64,000 nt of DNA from an uncultured Anaerolineae bacterium (GCA_937120535.1 CAKZJX010000022.1:9895-73894); one strand, 5' to 3'; shown: positions 19,509 to 29,541, numbered from the stretch's first letter. Notes: a model not told the origin generated them from the letters alone. Program-made: numbers and translations.

Positions 19509-20183
19509 TTAATAGGCAAGCGGGCGGATCAGATCGGGGTGATCGATGGCAGGAGAGTTGACCTGGGGCGATACGGGATGGGCAAGCATCTCTTCAGCAG
19601 GGTAGGGCCGTAGGAGGGGGAGTAGGTGCTCGGGGTGCTGGGGCGAAGGGTCAATCCATTGCGTATAGTCTGAGGGATGGAGGATGACAGGCATGCGGTT
19701 ATGAATCGGCTCCAGGAGGGCATTGGGGGTGGTGGTGATAATGGTTGCTGAGCGGATCACGCCGCCATTCGGCGCGTGCCACTCGTCCCATAGGCCGGCG
19801 AAGGCGAAGAGGCGATGATCTTTCAGAAAGATGTAGTAGGGTTGTTTGGTTTTGACTCCCGGCCGAGATTGCCATTCGTAAAACCCATCGGCCAGGATCA
19901 GGCAGCGTTTGTAGCGCAGGGGGCCGCGAAAGGATGGCTTCTCGGTGAGGGTCTCGCTGCGGGCATTGATCAGGCGGTTGCCAATGGTCGGATCTTTGGC
20001 CCAGGAAGGGATCAGGCCCCATAGGAAGAGGTCTACAGCCGCTCGCCCGTCGTTAGGGATGGCCAGGATGGGTTGCGTGGGGGCTATGTTGTAGCGCGGA
20101 GCATAGGTCGGCGGGAAGGTGAATTCGGGGAAGGCCTCACGTAGGTCGTCTAGGGCCATGGTGAGGGTGAAGCGGCCACACAT
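19509..20183 (-). CDS. SRAP-family (YedK/HMCES-like) abasic-site processing protein
   Basis: MCGRF N-terminus, PRYNIAPTQ, LINARSET, ADGFYEW, IHNRMP. Confidence 0.95.
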   Translation of the reverse strand: MCGRFTLTMALDDLREAFPEFTFPPTYAPRYNIAPTQPILAIPNDGRAAVDLFLWGLIPSWAKDPTIGNRLINARSETLTEKPSFRGPLRYKRCLILADGFYEWQSRPGVKTKQPYYIFLKDHRLFAFAGLWDEWHAPNGGVIRSATIITTTPNALLEPIHNRMPVILHPSDYTQWIDPSPQHPEHLLPLLRPYPAEEMLAHPVSPQVNSPAIDHPDLIRPLAY

Positions 20184-20184
20184 A

Positions 20185-21408
20185 TCAGTCTCCTCGAGAG
20201 GCGACCGATTCGGCCAGGGCGATGCGCATGCGCCGCAGGGCTTCGCGGACCAGCTTGCGAGGCATGGCGATGTTCATGCGCAGAAAACCTTCGCCGCCAG
20301 GGCCAAAGATGGCGCCTTGTTCCAGGTAAACCCGCGCCCGTTCGACGAAGAAGCGTTGTAGGGAGGAGGGATCCATGCCCAAGGCGCGGCCATCCAGCCA
20401 GACCAGGTAGGTTCCTTCGGGGCGGATCATGCGCAGAGGGGAGAGGAAGCGAGTCACATAGTCTTCGACCATGTCGAGGGTTTGGCTCAGGTAGCGGAGC
20501 AGGTCGTCTAGCCAGGCAGCGCCATGGGTGTAGGCGACTTCGGTAGCCAGGCGGCCGAATAGGTTGGTGTTGGGCAGGGCATTTTGGGCGAGGTATGTTT
20601 TGAATTGGGCCCGCAGGGTGCGATCGGGGATGATGATGTTGGAGTGGGCTAGGCCGGCCAGGTTGAAGGTCTTGCTGGCGGCGGTGCAGATGATCGCTCG
20701 ACGGGCGATCTCTTTGCCTAGAGCTCCGTAGGAGGTGAAGGGGACGAAGCTCAGGTCGGCGTGGATCTCGTCGGAGATGACCAAGAGGTCATGTTCCAAG
20801 CAGATCTGGGCCAGGCGGGTGAGTTCTTCTCGGGACCAGACGCGCCCGACTGGGTTGTGTGGGCTGCACAGGATCAGCAGGCGGGTGTGGGGATCACGGG
20901 CTTTGCGGGCCAGATCGTCGAAGTCCATGGTGTAGCGTCCGTCTTGATAGCGCAAGGGGTTTTCGACGATCTCGATCTGATTGACGCGCAAGACATGGTA
21001 AAAAGGGAAGTAAACCGGCGGCTGGATGATGGCCTTGTCGCCCGGTTGAAGGAAGGTGCGCACCAGCATGGCCAAGGCGGGGATCACGCCCGGCGTGGCG
21101 ACGATCCAATCGGGTTGGATCTCCCAGTTGTGGCGGTTCTTCATCCAGTTGACCACGGCTTGGTCGTAGGTTTGGGAGCGCTCGGTGTAGCCGTAGATGC
21201 CATGACGGGCGCGGGCGACCAGGGCTTGAACCACAGGGCGCGGTGCAGCAAAGTCCATGTCGGCAATCCACATTGGGATGGCGGCGTCGGGTCCCTGGAA
21301 GAGATCGGTGCGGATGTGATGGAGGGGATTGTGTTCCGATTGGATGGTTTCCCACTTGACGGAGTCGGTGCTGATGCGAGAGATGAGGGTGTCGAAGGAG
21401 GAAGTCAT
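20185..21408 (-). CDS. MalY/PatB-family PLP-dependent C-S lyase (cystathionine beta-lyase)
   Basis: PMWIADMDF, HGIYGY, LCSPHNPVGRVW, SDEIHADL, SKTFNLAG, FLRMNIA; start moved to ATG 21408 (TATAAT 7 nt upstream). Confidence 0.92.
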   Translation of the reverse strand: MTSSFDTLISRISTDSVKWETIQSEHNPLHHIRTDLFQGPDAAIPMWIADMDFAAPRPVVQALVARARHGIYGYTERSQTYDQAVVNWMKNRHNWEIQPDWIVATPGVIPALAMLVRTFLQPGDKAIIQPPVYFPFYHVLRVNQIEIVENPLRYQDGRYTMDFDDLARKARDPHTRLLILCSPHNPVGRVWSREELTRLAQICLEHDLLVISDEIHADLSFVPFTSYGALGKEIARRAIICTAASKTFNLAGLAHSNIIIPDRTLRAQFKTYLAQNALPNTNLFGRLATEVAYTHGAAWLDDLLRYLSQTLDMVEDYVTRFLSPLRMIRPEGTYLVWLDGRALGMDPSSLQRFFVERARVYLEQGAIFGPGGEGFLRMNIAMPRKLVREALRRMRIALAESVASRGD

Positions 21409-21515
21409 GGTTGGAATTATAATGGCGTTCGGCAAGAGGCGCACGGGAGATTTGGACGGATGCTTGTCAGGGGATTGGATTTGGTCTATACTATACTCTA
21501 AATAGCGGAGTGGTT

Positions 21516-23171
21516 ATGTCCGAAATTGATATGCGCTCACTGTGGAAAGCGATTGAGGGGTATATTCCTCTCGGTCGTTCGGGGTTATTGCCGGCGTTGC
21601 ATGCCGCCCAGGGCTTGTATGGATGGATTTCAGAGCCGGTTGCCGAGGAGATCGCCCGAGCGCTCAAGGTGCCTTTGGCGGATGTACATGGTGTGATCGA
21701 GTTTTATTCGCTGTTCTACAATCGGCCAGCGGGGCGGCGGGTGGTGCATGTTTGTGTGGACCCGGCCTGCGCGCTGTGCGGTTCGGAGCGGTTGGTTGAC
21801 GATCTATGCGCGCAATACGGGGTCACCCCAGGCCAGGTTTCTGCCGATGGGGAGATCACGATCGAGCGAAGTCCTTGCTTGGGGTTGTGCGAGCACGCGC
21901 CGGCGGTGTGGACAACGGGGGGCGATCGATGGTGGATTGGCGCCCCTGGTTCAGAGAGAACGTTCCCGCCTTCGGTGGTGTATGGTTCGGTTCGCTGGTT
22001 AACGGTTCACTGTGGGAATGGGACCGCCGATCTGGCTCGGTATGGTCCGTATCGTGGGTTGGAGAAGGCATACCAAATGACGCCGCAGGCGGTGATCGCC
22101 GAGGTAAAAGCCAGCGGCTTGATGGGACGCGGCGGAGCAGCCTTCCCAACGGGCGTGAAGTGGGAGGGGGCGGCGCGTGCGGAGGGGTGGCCGAAGTATG
22201 TGGTGTGTAATACGGATGAATCGGAGCCCGGGACGTTTAAGGATCGGGTGTTGCTGTTGGATGATCCACATGGGGTGATCGAGGGGATGTGTATTGCCGC
22301 CTATGCCATTGGCGCTTCGAGGGGGTATTTTTATGTGCGGGGTGAATATCCGTATTTGGTGCCGATCCTGGAGAAGGCTCTGGCCGAAGCGCGCGCTGCC
22401 GGTTATTTGGGGAATGGGTTCGATGTTGAGATCCGCCTGGGAGCCGGCGCGTATATCTGCGGCGAGGAGACGGCGTTGTTCGAGTCGATTGAGGGCAAAC
22501 GCGGGTTTCCGCGCGTCAAGCCGCCGTTCCCAACGACGCATGGGTTGTTCGGAAAGCCGACGGTGATCAATAACGTGGAAACGCTGCGGAACGTTCCGAT
22601 CATCCTGGAGCGCGGAGCGGCGGCCTATCGCAGCTTGGGGACGGAGAAATCGCCGGGGACGAAGTTGTTCTGTCTTTCGGGCGATGTGGGTCGGCCCGGG
22701 CTGTATGAGGCGCCGTTCGGGATCACGTTGCGGGAGTTGTTGGAGATGGCCGGCGGTGTGGACGGCAAGTTACAGGCGGTGCTTTTAGGCGGCGCAGCCG
22801 GCGCTTTTGCTACTGCCGATCACCTGGATGTGCGGCTCACCTTCGAGGATCTGCGGGCGGCCGGCTTGCCGCTCGGTTCGGGTGTGGTGATGGTGTTCAA
22901 CGATCAACGCGATCTACGTCGGGCGCTGTTGCGGTTGGCCGAGTTTTTTGCCCATGAGAGCTGCGGCAAGTGTTATCCGTGTCAGATGGGGACCCAGCGT
23001 CAGGTGGAGATTTTGAAGCGGTTGGTCAACGGTCGGTGGAGGCCAAAGGACCGTCAACGTCTGCAGGACGTGGGATGGACAATGACCGATGCGTCGCTGT
23101 GCGGCTTGGGCCAGACGGCGGCCAGTGCCGTGCTTTCGGCTATGGCGTTGTGGCCGGAATGGTTTGAGTAG
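21516..23171 (+). CDS. Fused NuoE/NuoF-like diaphorase subunit of an NAD-linked formate dehydrogenase
   Basis: 2Fe-2S ligands VCVDPAC / CLGLC; [51 protein letters not shown]. Confidence 0.9.
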   Translation: MSEIDMRSLWKAIEGYIPLGRSGLLPALHAAQGLYGWISEPVAEEIARALKVPLADVHGVIEFYSLFYNRPAGRRVVHVCVDPACALCGSERLVDDLCAQYGVTPGQVSADGEITIERSPCLGLCEHAPAVWTTGGDRWWIGAPGSERTFPPSVVYGSVRWLTVHCGNGTADLARYGPYRGLEKAYQMTPQAVIAEVKASGLMGRGGAAFPTGVKWEGAARAEGWPKYVVCNTDESEPGTFKDRVLLLDDPHGVIEGMCIAAYAIGASRGYFYVRGEYPYLVPILEKALAEARAAGYLGNGFDVEIRLGAGAYICGEETALFESIEGKRGFPRVKPPFPTTHGLFGKPTVINNVETLRNVPIILERGAAAYRSLGTEKSPGTKLFCLSGDVGRPGLYEAPFGITLRELLEMAGGVDGKLQAVLLGGAAGAFATADHLDVRLTFEDLRAAGLPLGSGVVMVFNDQRDLRRALLRLAEFFAHESCGKCYPCQMGTQRQVEILKRLVNGRWRPKDRQRLQDVGWTMTDASLCGLGQTAASAVLSAMALWPEWFE

Positions 23172-23194
23172 GGAATGAACAACAAGGTGCAGCT

Positions 23195-23881
23195 ATGACA
23201 ATCCAGCTAATGATGGACGGCCGAGAGGTGATTGCTGAGAACGGACAGACGTTGCTCGACGTGACGCAACGGTATGGGATTGTTATCCCAACTATTTGTT
23301 TTCATCCAGCCACGACGCCCAATGCGCTGTGCCGAATCTGCGTCGTGGAGGTGGAGGGGCAGCGGTTGCTCCAGCCGGCCTGCATCGTCCGAGCGGCGGC
23401 GAATATGAAGGTGCAGACGCGCAGCGAGCGAGTGATGCGAGCACGGCGCACGATTCTGGAGATGTTGGCGGCCACGGTGGATCTTTCTGAGGCCCCAGAC
23501 ATTCTGGCGATGATTGACGAGTATCAGGCCGATCCACAGCGCTTTCCAGAAGCTCATCCTCGCTACGTTCCGATCAAGGACGATAACCCGATGTATGTGC
23601 GAGACTACTCGAAGTGCGTCTTGTGTTGGCGCTGTGTGCAGGTGTGTGCGGAAGATGCCCAGTATACCTATGCTATTAACTTCAGCGGCCGAGGCTATGA
23701 GACGCAGATCGGCACGTTCTTCGACCAACCGATTCCCGAAACGACCTGCGTATTTTGTGGCCAGTGCGTTGGGGTTTGCCCGACCGGGGCGTTGAAGCCA
23801 AAGCGCGAGGCGCTGCTTGAGCAGGGCTTGATGCCGGAGCAGATCGTTAGGTTGAACACCGGCCGCAGGAGGAGAACCTGA
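23195..23881 (+). CDS. Iron-sulfur subunit (2Fe-2S plus 2x4Fe-4S), NuoG/FdhA N-terminal-like
   Basis: IPTICFH...CRICVVE...PAC; [11 protein letters not shown]; [12 protein letters not shown]. Confidence 0.9.
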   Translation: MTIQLMMDGREVIAENGQTLLDVTQRYGIVIPTICFHPATTPNALCRICVVEVEGQRLLQPACIVRAAANMKVQTRSERVMRARRTILEMLAATVDLSEAPDILAMIDEYQADPQRFPEAHPRYVPIKDDNPMYVRDYSKCVLCWRCVQVCAEDAQYTYAINFSGRGYETQIGTFFDQPIPETTCVFCGQCVGVCPTGALKPKREALLEQGLMPEQIVRLNTGRRRRT

Positions 23882-23886
23882 TCGTG

Positions 23887-24717
23887 ATGCCGCTCCCGAT
23901 TGTGTTTGGGTTGCTCTCGGCCATTTTGTGGGGCGCAGGGGATTTCTACGGTGGATTGGCTGTTCGTCGCTCCAATCTGTATGGCGTGGTGTTGATCGCT
24001 CATGGGATCAGCTTGGGTTTGTTGCTTGGGTTGGCGCTGGCGATAGGGGAGCCGGTGTCGCCGCTGGGCGATTGGTTGTGGGGCGGCGCTGCCGGCATCT
24101 GCGGTGCAGTAGGGTTGGTGTTGCTCTATCGGGCGCTGGCCACCGGCCAGATGAGCGTGGCCGCTCCTCTCTCGGCGTTGCTGGCCGCTGCCCTGCCGGT
24201 GGCGGTCGGCTTCTTGACCGAAGGCTGGGTGGGGGGATGGACCCTGGCAGGTTTTGTGCTGGCGCTGGCGGCGGTGTGGTTGATCTCCGGAGGGGCCGGC
24301 GTTGTCTTGGATCGGCAAGCGCTGGTCTTGCCGTTTCTAGCTGGCCTGAGCTTTGGCGGCTTCTTTGTCCTCATCCATTTTGCTAGTGGAGTCTCGGTGG
24401 TGTGGCCATTGGTAGCGGTGCGGATTGTTTCGGTGCTCGGCCTGTTGGCGTTCTCATGGCTTACCCGTCAGCAATGGTGGCTGGCAAGCGAGAGCTGGCT
24501 GCCTATCCTGCTGAGCAGCATCTTGGACTCGGCGGGGAACACCTTTTACGCGCTTTCGGCGCAAACCGGTCGGATGGACGTGGCCGCCGTGCTCGGTTCA
24601 CTGTATCCGGGTTCCACTGTGTTGTTGGCTTATGTTCTCTTGAAGGAACGCCTCTCTTATCAACAGATGAGTGGGATTGCGACAGCACTGACAGCAATTG
24701 TCTTGATCTCGGTATGA
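23887..24717 (+). CDS. DMT/EamA-family membrane transporter
   Basis: About 10 TM in two repeats; [45 protein letters not shown]. Confidence 0.85.
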   Translation: MPLPIVFGLLSAILWGAGDFYGGLAVRRSNLYGVVLIAHGISLGLLLGLALAIGEPVSPLGDWLWGGAAGICGAVGLVLLYRALATGQMSVAAPLSALLAAALPVAVGFLTEGWVGGWTLAGFVLALAAVWLISGGAGVVLDRQALVLPFLAGLSFGGFFVLIHFASGVSVVWPLVAVRIVSVLGLLAFSWLTRQQWWLASESWLPILLSSILDSAGNTFYALSAQTGRMDVAAVLGSLYPGSTVLLAYVLLKERLSYQQMSGIATALTAIVLISV

Positions 24718-24775
24718 CTCATTGCTTGAGCTGCTTATTCGTTGTTTTGCAAGGCAGGAGAACCTGCCAGGAGGG

Positions 24776-27007
24776 ATGCTGATGATCCAAGCCGATCGAG
24801 TCACTCGTACGACTTGCCCCTACTGCGGTGTTGGGTGCACGCTTGAGCTGCACGTCAAGCAGAATTTTATTTACAAGGTCACTTCACCGTTCGATTCGCC
24901 CGTCAACCATGGGAATTTGTGCGTTAAAGGGCGCTTCGGATACGACTTTATTTACCATCCCAATCGGATCACAACGCCGATGGCGAGGCGCTATTTGTTG
25001 CAGAATGATTATCAAGGCGCTCTGTGGAAGACCCGTTATCACGCACCTGAGCTGGGGAATCGTTCGCTGACCAACGGCAACGATTCGCCGACGCCTTGGG
25101 ATTGGGTGGAGACCGACTGGGAGACCGCCCTCAATCTGGCGGCCGATCGCCTGACGCATATTTATCAGCGCGATGGTTCAGACGCCATGGCAGTGTATTG
25201 TTGTGCCAAAGCGACCAACGAGGACAATTATGTGTTGCAGAAAATGTTCCGCGCTCTGTTCCGCACAAATAACGTGGATCATTGCACGCGCTTGTGTCAT
25301 GCCGGCTCGGTCGTTGCGCTCCAACAATCGCTGGGCACATCTGCCATGAGCAACACGGCCTCCCAAGTGATGCTGAACGATGTGTTTATCGTCACTGGTT
25401 CGAACACGACCGAGAATCATCCCATCATTGCCTTACAGATGAAGGCAGCGGTCCGCAAGCGCGGCGCCAAGATGATCGTGGTCGACCCGCGGCGCATTGA
25501 ATTGGTGGACTTTGCGGAGCTGTGGTTGCCTCTCAAGCCGGGCACCAACGTGCCGCTGTTCTCGGCGATGGCGCACGTTATCGTGAAGGAGAACCTAGTG
25601 AATTGGGACTTCGTCCGCACCCGGACCGAAGGGTTCGAAGGGTATGTCGAATCGTTGGAGAAGTTCACGCCGGAATATGCTGAGGCGATCTGCGATGTGC
25701 CGGCCGAGAACATCCGCCAGGCGGCGCGGCTGTATGCGACGGCCAAAAACGCCGCTATTTACTGGGGGATGGGTATTTCGCAACTCTCCCACGGCACGGC
25801 TTCGGCGCTCTCGCTGGTCCATTTAGCGCTCCTCACCGGCCACATCGGGCGCGACGGAACCGGCCTGAACCCCTTGCGAGGTCAAAACAACGTGCAAGGC
25901 GCCAGCGATATGGGAGCCATGCCGTTTCATTATCCAGGTTACATGCTAGTGGATCGGGAGGAGAACGCCGTTCAATGGGAGCGGCTATGGAAGGTGGAAC
26001 CAGGCGGCCTCTCGCGCAAACTCGGCCTGACCACGACGGAAATTCTTGAGCATGCCCATGAAGGCGGAGTACGCGCGCTGTATATCATGGGCGAGAACCC
26101 GATGATGACGGAACCTAACCTGAACAGGACGCGCCAGCACATCGAGCAATTGGAGTTTCTGGTGGTGCAGGACTTGTTCCTGAATGAGACCGGCGTGTAT
26201 GCCGATGTGTTTTTGCCAGCCGCTTCGTTTGCCGAGAAGGACGGGACGTTTACCAACACCGATCGACGGGTGCAGCGCGTTCGTGCAGCGCATCCGCCGC
26301 GGGGTCAGGCTCGACCTGATTGGCAGATCGTCTGCGATCTGGCGAAGCGGATCGAGGCCCGCTTGGGACGTCCAACCTCTGCTGGTTGGGACTATGCCCA
26401 TCCGGAGCAGATCCTGCGCGAGGTGGCGCAGGTTAACCTGGATTATGCCGGCATCACTTATGAGCGCATTGAGAAGGTAGGGCTGCAGTATCCGGCGCCC
26501 ACGCTGGATTATCCCGGCACGCCAACCCTGTTCACGGAGACGTTCCCGCGCGGGCGCGGGCGGTTCATCCCCTTGGATTATGTGCCGGTGATGGAGCAAG
26601 CCGACGACGAGTTTCCGTTCATCTTGACCACAGGCCGGGTGCTCGAGCACTGGCATGGAGGTACGATGACCCGCCACTCGGTCATCGATCAGGTGTATCC
26701 TGAAGCTCGGGTGGAGATTCATCCGGCCGATGCGGAGATCCACGGCATTCGAGATGGCGACCCGGTTCGGGTCCGGAGCCGACGCGGGGAGGTGGTGTTG
26801 CGCGCTTCGGTGACCGAGAAAACGACGGTCGGGGTGGTCTTCATTCCATTTCACTTCGTCGAGGCAGCGGCCAACTTGTTGACCAACGACGCGCTCGATC
26901 CTCAAGCCAAGATTCCGGAGTTCAAAGCTTGTGCGGTGCAGATCTTTCCAGCGCGCGAGACCGATCTGCCCAATCCGGAGGCGATTTTGCGGCGCGGACG
27001 CTATTGA
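24776..27007 (+). CDS. fdhA: Formate dehydrogenase catalytic (Mo/W-bisPGD) subunit, Cys form
   Basis: CPYCGVGC...LCVKG, NVDHCTRLCHA, PLRGQNNVQG, EKDGTFTNTDRRVQ, LTTGRVLEHWH; start ATG 24776 or 24782. Confidence 0.92.
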   Translation: MLMIQADRVTRTTCPYCGVGCTLELHVKQNFIYKVTSPFDSPVNHGNLCVKGRFGYDFIYHPNRITTPMARRYLLQNDYQGALWKTRYHAPELGNRSLTNGNDSPTPWDWVETDWETALNLAADRLTHIYQRDGSDAMAVYCCAKATNEDNYVLQKMFRALFRTNNVDHCTRLCHAGSVVALQQSLGTSAMSNTASQVMLNDVFIVTGSNTTENHPIIALQMKAAVRKRGAKMIVVDPRRIELVDFAELWLPLKPGTNVPLFSAMAHVIVKENLVNWDFVRTRTEGFEGYVESLEKFTPEYAEAICDVPAENIRQAARLYATAKNAAIYWGMGISQLSHGTASALSLVHLALLTGHIGRDGTGLNPLRGQNNVQGASDMGAMPFHYPGYMLVDREENAVQWERLWKVEPGGLSRKLGLTTTEILEHAHEGGVRALYIMGENPMMTEPNLNRTRQHIEQLEFLVVQDLFLNETGVYADVFLPAASFAEKDGTFTNTDRRVQRVRAAHPPRGQARPDWQIVCDLAKRIEARLGRPTSAGWDYAHPEQILREVAQVNLDYAGITYERIEKVGLQYPAPTLDYPGTPTLFTETFPRGRGRFIPLDYVPVMEQADDEFPFILTTGRVLEHWHGGTMTRHSVIDQVYPEARVEIHPADAEIHGIRDGDPVRVRSRRGEVVLRASVTEKTTVGVVFIPFHFVEAAANLLTNDALDPQAKIPEFKACAVQIFPARETDLPNPEAILRRGRY

Positions 27008-27010
27008 GGC

Positions 27011-28246
27011 TTAGTGGCGGGTGGCTAGATCGAGGACCGCGTGGAGCAGGACGTTGGCTCCGTGGGCCAGGTCGTTGGGGTCGGTGTATTCGGCCGGGTT
27101 GTGGCTGATGCCGTCGCGGCTGGGGACGAAGATCATCGCCGCTGGGTATTTGTGGGCCATCAGTTGGGCGTCGTGGCCGGCGCCGGAGATCATCGGGCGG
27201 TAGGAAAGCCCTAGGCGCCGGGCAGCCCGTTCAACCGCTCCGATCACCAGCGGGTCGAAGCGCACCGGCTGAACATGTTCCAGATCGCGCACTTCGATCT
27301 TCACGCCCTCCTCGGCCACCACTTTTTGGAGGTATTCCCTCAGCATGGCTTCGGCGCGTCGCAGGTCACTGGGTTCAGGGTTGCGCAGATCCACGGTGAA
27401 GGCGACTCGGCCGGGGATGACGTTGATGGCGTTGGGTTCGAAGGAGAGGCGGCCGCAGGTGGCACGCTGGGGTTCGCCGAGGGCAGCTGTGATCTCACGC
27501 AGATAGGTGATCACTTTGGCGGCTGCCAGGCCGGCATCGCGACGCATGTCCATCGGGGTGGTGCCGGCGTGGTTGGCAGCGCCAATCACGATGATCTCTA
27601 GCCAGGTGATGCCGGTTACCCCCTCGACGACGCCGATCGTCTGGCCGGCCCGATCGAGCACTGGCCCCTGTTCGATGTGCAGTTCGAGATAGGCGTAGGG
27701 CTCGATGGCGCCGGGTTGCATTGGGCCGGCGTAGCCGATGCGCTGCAGTTCATCGCCGAAGCGAGAGCCGTCCACGCCCCGCATGTCTAATGCTTGCTCT
27801 ATCGGCAGTTCTCCGACGTATACGGCGCTTCCCAGCATGCCAGACGCATATCGCACCCCTTCTTCATTGGTAAAGGCAGCCACGACCAGTGGGCGCAGAG
27901 TTTGCTTGTTGTGTTCGTTCAGCGTAGCAATGCATTCTAAGGCGGCCAGCACACCGTAGGTCCCGTCCAATTTGCCAGCCACGCTCACCGTGTCAATGTG
28001 TGAGCCAAACATGACAGGCAGGCTGCCGGTTTGGCCAGGGCGGATGCCAAAGATGTTCCCAACGCGGTCGATCTGCACCGTCAGGTTGAGCGCTTCCATC
28101 CAACGGACAAGTTGATCGCGCGCCTGTTTATCAGGGTCGGTCAAGGAGAGGCGACTGACGCCTCCGGCTTCCAGAGCACCAATGCGGGCCATTTCGTCCA
28201 AGCGTTCAAGCAAGCGAACTTTGTTGATGCGTAGGCGAGGGGTCAT
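27011..28246 (-). CDS. M20-family Zn amidohydrolase (allantoate / N-carbamoyl-amino acid amidohydrolase type)
   Basis: GSHIDTV, DGTYGVL, NEEGVR, ELHIEQGP, ANHAGTTPM, SGAGHDA, SHNPAE. Confidence 0.9.
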   Translation of the reverse strand: MTPRLRINKVRLLERLDEMARIGALEAGGVSRLSLTDPDKQARDQLVRWMEALNLTVQIDRVGNIFGIRPGQTGSLPVMFGSHIDTVSVAGKLDGTYGVLAALECIATLNEHNKQTLRPLVVAAFTNEEGVRYASGMLGSAVYVGELPIEQALDMRGVDGSRFGDELQRIGYAGPMQPGAIEPYAYLELHIEQGPVLDRAGQTIGVVEGVTGITWLEIIVIGAANHAGTTPMDMRRDAGLAAAKVITYLREITAALGEPQRATCGRLSFEPNAINVIPGRVAFTVDLRNPEPSDLRRAEAMLREYLQKVVAEEGVKIEVRDLEHVQPVRFDPLVIGAVERAARRLGLSYRPMISGAGHDAQLMAHKYPAAMIFVPSRDGISHNPAEYTDPNDLAHGANVLLHAVLDLATRH

Positions 28247-28908
28247 TTGTGTTGGGTCTCCTTTCGGTTGCCGAACGATTGACTTAGGTCAGTGAACAGG
28301 GTTTCGGCGGCATAGGCGCGGTCGGCGACGGGAGAGAGGCGGGCAGCCATGCTCGGTGTGATCAGACGGATGACCGGCCGGCCGCAGAAGTGGCGATGGT
28401 AGAGGCGGTTTGCACCTTCTTCGTCCCACGCCCAGTTGAGATGGGTGTAGCAAGCGGCGTTGAAAGGACGGGTGTAGCCGCGCAACACTTTCGCTTGACG
28501 AATGCTGACAAAATGCTCAAAGTAGGTCATCACTAGCTCGCGCAAGGTCTTGTGAACCGGCTCGCGGAATCCTAGGTTGATGTAGTTGGATTTGGCGATC
28601 GCTCTCCAGCGCCCTTCGATGCGGTAGAGGGCCAACACGTGATCGTCGTCCACGCCAGGATCAGGGACAACATCAATCAGCAGGGGTGGAAAGCCAAAGC
28701 GCCACAGGCAGAGGGCGGCCAAAAAGCCGCCGTCTAGGCAGTGACATTGTCCATCCAGCATCACGTTGAGCGGTGAGCGATTGCGCTCCTCAGCAACATA
28801 GCGCAGCGAGTCGAGGTAATTCTGAATGGCGAAGGGGGTGGTCAGTTGGTGGAATTGCTCTTGGAGGTGGGACGGCAGGCGCAATTCGAATTCGGTCAGG
28901 AACGACAT
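28243..28908 (-). CDS. Conserved protein, vasohibin-like transglutaminase-fold cysteine protease candidate
   Basis: HCLDGG...DDHVLAL..EGRWRAIAKSN..LGFREPVHKTLRELV; GAGG SD before ATG 28908; ATGA overlap with the amidohydrolase. Confidence 0.7.
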   Translation of the reverse strand: MSFLTEFELRLPSHLQEQFHQLTTPFAIQNYLDSLRYVAEERNRSPLNVMLDGQCHCLDGGFLAALCLWRFGFPPLLIDVVPDPGVDDDHVLALYRIEGRWRAIAKSNYINLGFREPVHKTLRELVMTYFEHFVSIRQAKVLRGYTRPFNAACYTHLNWAWDEEGANRLYHRHFCGRPVIRLITPSMAARLSPVADRAYAAETLFTDLSQSFGNRKETQHK

Positions 28909-29158
28909 ACAGAATCCTCGTCTGAAAAGCAGCACAATGATTCTAACGCACAGGGGTGGGTTGCTCTCAAAATGTGATGATTTTGCGATCTATTGACTTG
29001 GAATCCGTGAGGCAGGGCGCCTGATCCGTGTTTCGTTGGCAGGCTAAATTCATCGGAAGTGGGCTCAGGATCGGGCCTACAAGCTCAGGATGCGACTGAA
29101 CCCTTGCCGTCTAGGCAAAATCGAAATTTCAAACGGTGTATTTTGAGGAACTGGAACT

Positions 29159-29322
29159 GGATTTGTTCAATAAGCATCCTTGACGCAAAAGGAGAGGCCG
29201 GTAGAGCAGGCATGGGAGGGGATCAGCGATGGAATCAGCCGCCGATTCAGGGATCAAACGGCCTTCTTGCGGCTCTTCTAGAGACAGTTCGTACCATCCA
29301 AAGAGACTTATTGAACAAGCCC
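29159..29322. mobile_element. MITE-like element, family 2, copy B (164 bp, inverted relative to copy A)
   Basis: Ends GGATTTGTTCAATAAG / CTTATTGAACAAGCCC; gap-free alignment to the reverse complement of copy A. Confidence 0.85.
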
Positions 29323-29331
29323 CAATTTCGC

Positions 29332-29360
29332 TTGACAACCTACTCGACCAGGATTACAAT
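29332..29360 (+). promoter_or_regulatory. Strong sigma70-type promoter of the tRNA operon
   Basis: TTGACA-17 nt-TACAAT, 29 nt upstream of tRNA-Phe. Confidence 0.8.
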
Positions 29361-29389
29361 CCCGTACACTCAACAACTGAAGAAACATC

Positions 29390-29465
29390 GCCGAGATAGC
29401 TCAGTTGGTAGAGCACGCGACTGAAAATCGCGGTGTCGCCAGTTCGATTCTGGCTCTCGGCACCA
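29390..29465 (+). tRNA. tRNA-Phe(GAA)
   Basis: GCCGAGA/TCTCGGC acceptor stem, CGCGA-CTGAAAA-TCGCG anticodon arm, TTCGA T loop, encoded CCA. Confidence 0.97.
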
Positions 29466-29469
29466 GGAC

Positions 29470-29541
<72 letters not shown>

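Noticed and set aside
25295-25297. Selenocysteine in FdhA
   Set aside because: The active-site codon is TGT (Cys) and the frame has no internal TGA
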